From Giardia intestinalis (lineage: Eukaryota), in assembly GCA_000002435.2 (NCBI GenBank), contig CM018791.1: a stretch of DNA of 64,000 nucleotides. One strand, given 5' to 3'. The notes beneath the pieces were generated by a model. The model was not told the origin of the DNA. It saw only the letters and a list, made by a program, of their open reading frames with translations, and did not search any database. Positions 58,601 through 64,000 of the stretch are shown one piece after another (within the stretch, counting starts at the first letter, position 1; every line of letters starts with the position of its first letter). The translations under genes were made by a program, and so were the position numbers.

Positions 58601-61047
58601 AGGAAGAAAAGAAAATGCGCATCCAAGCGGCAGACGACCTTTTGAAAAAGCGTGCTCAGGAGGAAGAGGACCGACGTCGTGCTGAGATAGAAGCAAAGAT
58701 CAAGGAGGAGCAGGATCGTGTTGCAGAGGAGCGCCGACTCCAGGAAGAGATGATAGCGCTCCAAAAGAAGCAGCAGCAAGAGTATGCAGAGCAGGAGACT
58801 AGGAAAGCAGATCTTCTCCGTGAGGCCATGGAAAAGGAGCAACTAGAGCGAATTGAGGAGGAGCAGCGCATAAAAGCAGAGGCACGACGACGCCTAATCG
58901 ACGATCTGGAGGCCACAGCTGAACGCGCAGCCGCCGAGGACCGGATACGGGTTAAGGCTGAGTTGGAAGAAATGGCCAGGATCAAAAAGGAACTGGAGGA
59001 GGCTGCCCGGACGGCCAGCGAAGAGAAGCGAAAGCTTCTTCTACAACAGAAGGAGCAATTGGAAAGAGAAATGGCCGAGACAGCAAGACGACACGAGGAA
59101 GACGTGGCGCGTAGGCACAAGGAGCTGCAAACTCTTCATGAGGAGCGGCGGAAGATGCGCGAACAACGCTTAGCCAGCTCAGAACCGATGGATGAGCTTC
59201 TTCGCGAAGATGGCAACGATGCCTCTGCCGATCCGTTCTCATATGCGTCTCTGGACATTGAGCGCAGAATCAGGGAAATGAAAGCCCAGTTAGAGAAGGA
59301 GATGACCGAAAAGATGGCCCTAGAGCACGCTGACCTCAATGCTCTAGAGCAGGAGTTGGCTGCTAAGAAGCTGTCGACCTTACAAGCAGAACGACTCTTA
59401 AGCACGGCTGCAAGCGATACAGTGGCACGGCTCGATAACGAGGATCGTCTCTTTAACGAAGCAATGGATGCCAAGCGCCAGGAGCTGCTTCTTTTGAAAG
59501 AACAGTATGGACTCGTGCGTCACCAGAACGAAAGTCAGCGCGCCTTGCACCTAGAGGAGCAGAGAAAGGCTAAGAAGTTAGCGAGGTTAGTCGAACAAGT
59601 TGCCGAGCTAGCCGAGAAGAAGCACAATTTAGAAAGAAAGATTGCCCATGGAAACAAAGAGTTTCACAAGAAAGAGAGCAAGCTGGTGGCTTCTAACAGC
59701 AAAGGCGCACTCAAAGCGTTGAGAAAGGAGCACGCTAAGGAGCACGAGGCGTTGGAGACGCAGCTCTCTAGCGTCTCAGAGCAGTTACGCAGAGCAAAGA
59801 AGCAGCTCAAGGTACTTAACCCCCAGGGAGAGACTTCTGATATGGACCGATCTCTTAGTGTCAAAGACTATTTGCGCTCCACAGATCGGAGTGAGAAAGA
59901 GCAAGAAGTGTCCGCTGCAGATAAGGACCATTCCCAGCCGCGTCTGTCCGTCTTCGAGGGAGGCTCTCTTGGCCAACCTTCGTTGGTAAGCGGCCATGGA
60001 ATTGGAACAGCGATGTCAACAGGTGTGGACCACGGAGATGGAGGGAGAAAGCAACATGCATCCAGTGACTTGCCTGTAGCGCTGCAGAAGCTGAGAGAGG
60101 AGCACGCTCGCAGGCTTGAGAAGATTGAGCAGCGACGAGCAGCCTTTGCTTCGGAAAGGGAGCAGCTTCAAGCCCAGGCACACGCGCTCGAGGCTCAGCT
60201 TTCCAAGCCCGTCAACGTTCCTGATTCTAAGCTACGCACCAGAGAGCAGCGCAAGCAGATCATTTTCGCAGAGATGAATAGAATGGAAAAGCTGTCGAAG
60301 GCACACATGGTTGAAGTTAAGCCTCAGATCCCAGAGAAAACAATCGATGACATTCTTAACGAACGCCGCAAACGACACGGGGAGGAGCGTGAGCAACTAA
60401 AGAACATGGCAGTGCGCTTTACATCTGCGTACGATCGGCATTCCCGGGTCTCTGTTAACATGGACAGCAGCGACGACGAATGGAATGACCTAGCTGCACG
60501 GACCTCCTCACGTTATGCAGATATTTCTGCTAAGCCACGCTCGATGCAGGCGCAGGTCCGCCAATTTGCATCTGATCGGATAGATCCTGCCTTCAATAGC
60601 TACATCGAGGCCCCTGTGCGACCTGGCTATGAGTCCTCTCTCCTCTCGTATGTGAAGGTGAGCTCTGACCCTACTACGTGCCACCCGACCAAGTTTGTGG
60701 CTCGGCTCACTGCACACACCTGGTGCATTGAGCAGAAGAGCAAGCCGTATGTGGTCTATACGTTTACAATCAGCACAGAGAAGGGTGTCTTTGAAGTAGC
60801 GAAGCGCTTCTCTGAGCTGCGTGAGCTGGACAAGGCGCTCCGTCGCGTTTTCCCAACAGTTACTTTGCCCAAGTATCCGTCGTCTATGGGAGGGAAGTTT
60901 ACTGATGAACAACTGGAGGAGCGGAAGCGGCTCCTTGGGCGCTATATGAGCCAGCTGAATCAGATCGCGGTCATTAGAACAAGCCAGGTGTACAAGGAGT
61001 TTATACAGATGAAGGTGAGACACGATATCCTTGTATATCACCGGTGA
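55612..61047 (+). CDS. Giant PX-domain protein (1811 aa): a 13-copy acidic 'DDMFGF' motif array, then a long E/R/K-rich coiled-coil, then a C-terminal PX
   Basis: N-terminal Y/G-rich segment. 13 copies of (D/E)(D/S)(M/L)FGF(G/D/T/S) at irregular spacing of about 25-35 aa. A coiled-coil of about 650 aa. C-terminal PX 'YVVYTFTISTEKGVFEVAKRFSELRELDKALRRVFPTVTLPKYPSSMGGKFTDEQLEERKRLLGRYM'. Confidence 0.8.
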   Translation: MEDIAYTDGYAAQYGDNYAYDGYGYGGDLAVGDYNPYGTDYGYDAGGYDYGAGYGGYGNQETGYGDQTYGYGEPAEQPQDSLSLKLDEPKPFTEQDDGRSLVVRTDAASVSMDPFSAPIDTVTEPIGSQTHTSSAFPPVSQDLLNSIRVQQETSGNLSKSPSKISSRPASARLDELDKVIEEDAEQLNREAKTDTHVTGAAPDTSDMFGFTDQPAAPTATEEPVATAGDDMFGFGLESDAHDATVQPPVEDAGPALPDKEAPSTEAEDDMFGFATSPQETIASPPAGSTAPAAEPVDDMFGFTDPAVESAATAEPGTMEGDDMFGFGPSESTPKDPDTDASAVAKDVTVDAQDAADDMFGFDGAGSPAEAPAQSTEAVASPVADLETDSMFGFDSPPAPADNTTTVPVDDSADDLFGFGPSTLDAQGEPAQDAQPDIQDVAQVSADSMFGFDLPADASATVEPSTTGLATEKPEDSPVDDMFGFSPNEAAATAKSDEDQEITPVNTKTLDEPLSVANDYTQPTAGPSDDMFGFGNSADLPQTDSVPHSGATADSMFGFDSVPATGASVEPPTETPELHDASQTQPTLDMPTIPEHIPTIEDNQTDLSHESQNESQVASEESDQLRETNETLEGEEMNKELAQEPAVEDMFGFGDASAPVEDSSTEKATESHPTEPPNLADLPPPVSASSLLPVQTLESAKQSARAATTPVADMAIDIDSMISAALVPQQPSPAPEQKVEDQVLDESSPNVITAELPPIVVKGSLEEANDKSAAESQHEPVELSEDRDLSKDIELVAQDPLPAEEDTQDIFVEPAVPVEALERLAISETFIKLQEELQFTYLMPEPNREELDKLQMTDHEQQLIQLKDEAERLQRENKVLAGRSAAPRHLHPNEFDSKSISVSFFEGLLNEPTHSDGISLTTGEELRLLAILEQGDYEALDALHGMSPEELQLMEQREREFNLKLKELTDRRDELLYKDDTEALKLIEEEIWAFVDAEEEKKMRIQAADDLLKKRAQEEEDRRRAEIEAKIKEEQDRVAEERRLQEEMIALQKKQQQEYAEQETRKADLLREAMEKEQLERIEEEQRIKAEARRRLIDDLEATAERAAAEDRIRVKAELEEMARIKKELEEAARTASEEKRKLLLQQKEQLEREMAETARRHEEDVARRHKELQTLHEERRKMREQRLASSEPMDELLREDGNDASADPFSYASLDIERRIREMKAQLEKEMTEKMALEHADLNALEQELAAKKLSTLQAERLLSTAASDTVARLDNEDRLFNEAMDAKRQELLLLKEQYGLVRHQNESQRALHLEEQRKAKKLARLVEQVAELAEKKHNLERKIAHGNKEFHKKESKLVASNSKGALKALRKEHAKEHEALETQLSSVSEQLRRAKKQLKVLNPQGETSDMDRSLSVKDYLRSTDRSEKEQEVSAADKDHSQPRLSVFEGGSLGQPSLVSGHGIGTAMSTGVDHGDGGRKQHASSDLPVALQKLREEHARRLEKIEQRRAAFASEREQLQAQAHALEAQLSKPVNVPDSKLRTREQRKQIIFAEMNRMEKLSKAHMVEVKPQIPEKTIDDILNERRKRHGEEREQLKNMAVRFTSAYDRHSRVSVNMDSSDDEWNDLAARTSSRYADISAKPRSMQAQVRQFASDRIDPAFNSYIEAPVRPGYESSLLSYVKVSSDPTTCHPTKFVARLTAHTWCIEQKSKPYVVYTFTISTEKGVFEVAKRFSELRELDKALRRVFPTVTLPKYPSSMGGKFTDEQLEERKRLLGRYMSQLNQIAVIRTSQVYKEFIQMKVRHDILVYHR
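56227..57570 (+). repeat. In-frame array of 13 degenerate repeats encoding the short linear motif D-D-M-F-G-F (DNA core 'gayrryatgttyggmtty') separated by divergent acidic spacers
   Basis: Recurring 'gatatgtttggcttt', 'gacgacatgtttggattt', 'gatgatatgttcggtttt', 'gacagcatgtttggcttt' and similar at about 56227, 56299, 56416, 56500, 56572, 56672, 56776, 56848, 56950, 57043, 57193, 57270 and 57553. Confidence 0.7.
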
Positions 61048-61053
61048 ATTGCG

Positions 61054-62175
61054 TTACGTCTCGTGTGACACGGACGTCTCTGGCTGGGAACCCTTCTGGG
61101 CGTATGAGACTTCACAAGTGGACTCATTGTCTTGTGCCTGGCAAACTCTTGAAAAAGCGGGAGTGTCGAGGGCCTTTGACTCTCCTGCCGTTGCGCGTGT
61201 GCTCATATACAATTCAGAGAATGAAGGGGCGTTGTAAATTGACGTTGTCTGGGGGTGTCCTGCTTCGGTGCGTTCATGGCGTCGCTGCGGTCTGTCAGGG
61301 CTGTTCAAGCTGGAGCCATCCCCGAGAGATGATTCGGCTGCTCGCCAGGGTTTGGCGGCAATGGAGGGCAAGACACCGACCGGCTTCTGGTGGACCATGG
61401 AGTCGCTGAGCATCTTGGTAGAGCTACCCGTGGACTTTGCCGAGCCAGACATCATTGTACGGGTGACTGACCTCTTCGGGGTCTTGTATATGAGCTTGAT
61501 CGGGCTTTTTCCGGGGGACGACATGCTCTGAATTGCCATCATCGATTCGCTCTTACTGTACTCATGCATTATCTCCGAACGGAAGTCGCTGAATTCCTGG
61601 ATGCTCTGCAGTGCAGGCTTTTCTGTGCACATGAGCATCGCCGGCGCCCGCGTGTTGAAATATTCTTCTTCCAGCTTTGCGATTGAGTGGGTAGGCTTAA
61701 TATTGGGAATAGGGACTTTCCGGGTAGGGTTGCTTGTAAGCTTAGTGCTTCGCGCCCTTTTCTCAGGATTTTTGCTCTGAATGGCAGCTATCCAGGCAGC
61801 AGTCAACTCTTGCTCTTCACGCATTCGCCTCTTCACAGCATTCATGGGCGAGCCTGTCTTGGAGTTGAGATCACAGTAATCGATGGGACGCTGTTGAACA
61901 AGAAGCCGCGCCTGGCTATACTCCCCCGCTCCCTTGGTTATCTCAGTTATCTTGCGGTATACGCGCTTATTTTCCTTATCTACCTGCCGCGCATTTTCGT
62001 GCTCCCGAAACGGGATGTGGTTGCTGGTGAAGCGACTGATGTGAGTATATTGTTTGGGGGCTGCGTTATCTACAGACGGCTTCAGTCGTGCCAGGCGCTG
62101 CTTATCCTTAAAGTCGCGCTCTTCTCGCCACTTCTTATCAAGAATTCGAGACGCCGTTGGAATGGCACGATCCAT
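61054..62175 (-). CDS. Hypothetical basic, Ser-rich protein
   Basis: Open frame. The second ATG at 62175 has the context 'cctaaaaATG'; the ORF-track ATG is at 62196. The N-terminal half is K/R-rich. No domain recognised. Confidence 0.4.
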   Translation of the reverse strand: MDRAIPTASRILDKKWREERDFKDKQRLARLKPSVDNAAPKQYTHISRFTSNHIPFREHENARQVDKENKRVYRKITEITKGAGEYSQARLLVQQRPIDYCDLNSKTGSPMNAVKRRMREEQELTAAWIAAIQSKNPEKRARSTKLTSNPTRKVPIPNIKPTHSIAKLEEEYFNTRAPAMLMCTEKPALQSIQEFSDFRSEIMHEYSKSESMMAIQSMSSPGKSPIKLIYKTPKRSVTRTMMSGSAKSTGSSTKMLSDSMVHQKPVGVLPSIAAKPWRAAESSLGDGSSLNSPDRPQRRHERTEAGHPQTTSIYNAPSFSELYMSTRATAGESKALDTPAFSRVCQAQDNESTCEVSYAQKGSQPETSVSHET

Positions 62176-62358
62176 TTTTAGGACTACAAAAAGCATTTAC
62201 CCCAGTGGGACATAGTTATCAATATATGCAACCAAGATATGCATCAGCAGGCTGTGTGTCTAGAGTAGTAGAAACTTGCAAGTGACAGAGTTGTCAGATC
62301 CCTCTGCCCCTGATAGATTTTAGAATCAATCAATGCTACAGATCTACTGCGGCACGCA

Positions 62359-64000
62359 TTAACTACGCACACTGGAAGGATGCATATAAGACTTAGCAGC
62401 ATATCCTGTATTGTAGGGAGGGTTTGATGGTGCCGCGTATAAATTATAGATGTTGTCATCTCCTGGACCCTGCAGAACATTTCCCACACGAAAACTGAAG
62501 GCTGGCTGTTTATATGAAGGATGAGGGATACGCGAAACGTGGCCCTCCAAGTTGGTTGTTGGTGGAAGATATGGTCCAGATGCTGTGGCCATCTGAACTG
62601 TGGATTGATGTACGGGCTGCTGCATTCCGTAAGAGCTATTGATCATGTTGCGAATTGGGTTGCTGGAATCTGGAGGCTCTATGTGGTGACTCTGGTCACC
62701 AAGAGAGTTACGTGTGGGTACACCTTGAGAGGACGCCATCTGCTGTGGAGAAGCAGGCGCATTGAAGGATGCTTCCACGTAAGAGATATTAGAGGCACTT
62801 GCAAAGCTACCTCCGCCTCCTCCTTGAGCATAGCCCCCAGAGACTCGTCTTCCAGCTGTCGGTAACAATACCTTCGTGGGCGAATTGCCAGCCAGCACAG
62901 ATGGGTCCGCTAGCAGAGAGACAGTGTCTGTTCCATAACTGTTAACATTGCTATCGATACTGGCTTCTATAATTGTATCTGTAGAAAATAAGTGAGGGTT
63001 GTGTTGTCTGACGCTGACAAACCCTTTAGACGGGCCCACCTTCACGAGAGCTCCCCTACCATTATCCTGCCTGACCATGTTCTGCGGAAGTGCCTGCTGG
63101 TTTCGAGAAGGTGAGCTGGTGACGTTGGTTGCAGCCTGTAGGGGTGAATGTGGGGAAATCGTTCGAAGCGGAGATAAAGATGAATCTCTCACAGTGTCCA
63201 CCTCAAACAGAGTCGGACTCACTCTTAGTGGAGATGACTGTATAGGTGAAGCAAGTGACTTAATTGTTGGAGAGTTTCTTGACCCTGCATCTGAATTCAT
63301 CATAGAACTTGCCAGAGGCTCTGTGTGTTGGAAGGCAGGAGAATTGCTGTAATCCTTGGCCAGGTCGTCATGCTCTCTAAAAAGATACTCTTGTTCGGGA
63401 TCCTGCTGCTGGCTCTTACTTGGGAGATCTACGTTGGGTTCATCTATTAATCCTCTCCACGGTGGAAGCTGCTTGACCTTTCCTGGCTTTGAGGGTAGTG
63501 TCAGTGCTTGAGATTTAGAGGTCCTCGTCTGCCTGATTCCCTGGCTTGAAGACCTGTGCAAGCCGTTTGGATCTGCATCTGCGCCAGTGTCATCATCATA
63601 CGATGCTACTGGCACCATGCTCCGTCTCTCAGCAGACTTTTGAGAGGCACCCTTTCCTTGCCTTTTCTCCTTCTCTGCTCCTCCTAAGTGCTCCTTCTGA
63701 CTTGCTATTATGCCCCGCGCTTGAGTTAAGAGTGCATTCTTATTGGATACTTCTGCTCGAAGCTTGTTGATCGTATTCTGCAAGTCTAAAACTTTAGACT
63801 CCTGTCTCAGCAGATCCTCCTGCATTACCTTGTACGATTTTTCCAGTTGCATGTAAGGAATCAAGTGTGGACTGGGGACTTGCTTGTTTTTCGCCTCGTC
63901 CAGCTCTGACAGTAAGCGCGTGCATCTCTTTTCTGATTCAAGTAGTTGGTCCTGCAGGAACACAATTTGCTTGTCTTTTTCAAGGACTTCCTTGGTGTCC
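62359..64000 (-). CDS. Hypothetical coiled-coil/Ser-Pro-rich protein, 5'-truncated by the window edge
   Basis: The ORF-track start at 63963 is GTG. I translated 63964-63999 on the minus strand by hand and it continues in frame (…DTKEVLEKDKQIV-FLQDQLLESEK…) as a heptad coiled-coil with no stop. The gene therefore starts beyond position 64000. Confidence 0.5.
   Translation of the reverse strand, partial: DTKEVLEKDKQIVFLQDQLLESEKRCTRLLSELDEAKNKQVPSPHLIPYMQLEKSYKVMQEDLLRQESKVLDLQNTINKLRAEVSNKNALLTQARGIIASQKEHLGGAEKEKRQGKGASQKSAERRSMVPVASYDDDTGADADPNGLHRSSSQGIRQTRTSKSQALTLPSKPGKVKQLPPWRGLIDEPNVDLPSKSQQQDPEQEYLFREHDDLAKDYSNSPAFQHTEPLASSMMNSDAGSRNSPTIKSLASPIQSSPLRVSPTLFEVDTVRDSSLSPLRTISPHSPLQAATNVTSSPSRNQQALPQNMVRQDNGRGALVKVGPSKGFVSVRQHNPHLFSTDTIIEASIDSNVNSYGTDTVSLLADPSVLAGNSPTKVLLPTAGRRVSGGYAQGGGGGSFASASNISYVEASFNAPASPQQMASSQGVPTRNSLGDQSHHIEPPDSSNPIRNMINSSYGMQQPVHQSTVQMATASGPYLPPTTNLEGHVSRIPHPSYKQPAFSFRVGNVLQGPGDDNIYNLYAAPSNPPYNTGYAAKSYMHPSSVRS

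Noticed and set aside
1-64000. Alternative source organisms: an apicomplexan (Cryptosporidium or Babesia) or a kinetoplastid
   Set aside because: Strand switches occur every one to three genes, which argues against kinetoplastid polycistrons. The 50% GC, AGTRAAY signals next to stops, A-rich initiators, CXXC VSP/HCMP-type proteins, the NEK-ankyrin pseudokinase and the mitosome-type IscS/Hsp70 together point to Giardia. This remains an inference.

Overview
Assessment of the window (no tools; read from the sequence and the ORF track). This 64 kb window looks like a compact, intron-poor protist chromosome, most consistent with a diplomonad and specifically Giardia intestinalis. Evidence for that inference: about 50% GC; back-to-back intronless genes on both strands with gaps of 10-250 bp; A/T-rich initiator stretches directly in front of ATGs (for example 'aaaaattaaaATG' at the peroxiredoxin gene); AGTRAAY-type polyadenylation signals 0-15 nt after stops; VSP/HCMP-like CXXC/EGF cysteine-rich membrane proteins; a NEK-like pseudokinase with ankyrin repeats; mitosome-type IscS and a DnaK-type Hsp70 without EEVD or KDEL; and a family of PX-domain proteins. 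I call about 37 protein-coding genes. I found no rRNA, tRNA, CRISPR array or transposon. Several ORF-track ORFs begin with GTG or TTG (verified against the DNA), so I trimmed them to the first ATG that has an A/T-rich context. The most interesting observations: (1) four C-terminal PX-domain proteins lie within 26 kb, three of them in tandem on the + strand, and three of the four carry acidic '(D/E)xMFGF' short linear motifs; one gene has a 13-copy array of this motif. (2) An RIIa/DPY-30-type dimerisation/docking micro-gene (56 aa) lies in an apparently intergenic gap and is absent from the ORF track because it is under 60 aa. (3) An FxFG-repeat nucleoporin candidate. (4) An ER thioredoxin-fold protein with an atypical CAAC active site and a C-terminal KKEL. 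(5) A RING plus TRAF-zinc-finger plus PX protein. (6) A perfect 16-bp palindrome in a divergent promoter. (7) Atypically long intergenic regions that could hold ncRNAs. (8) Interleaved polyadenylation signals of convergent genes.
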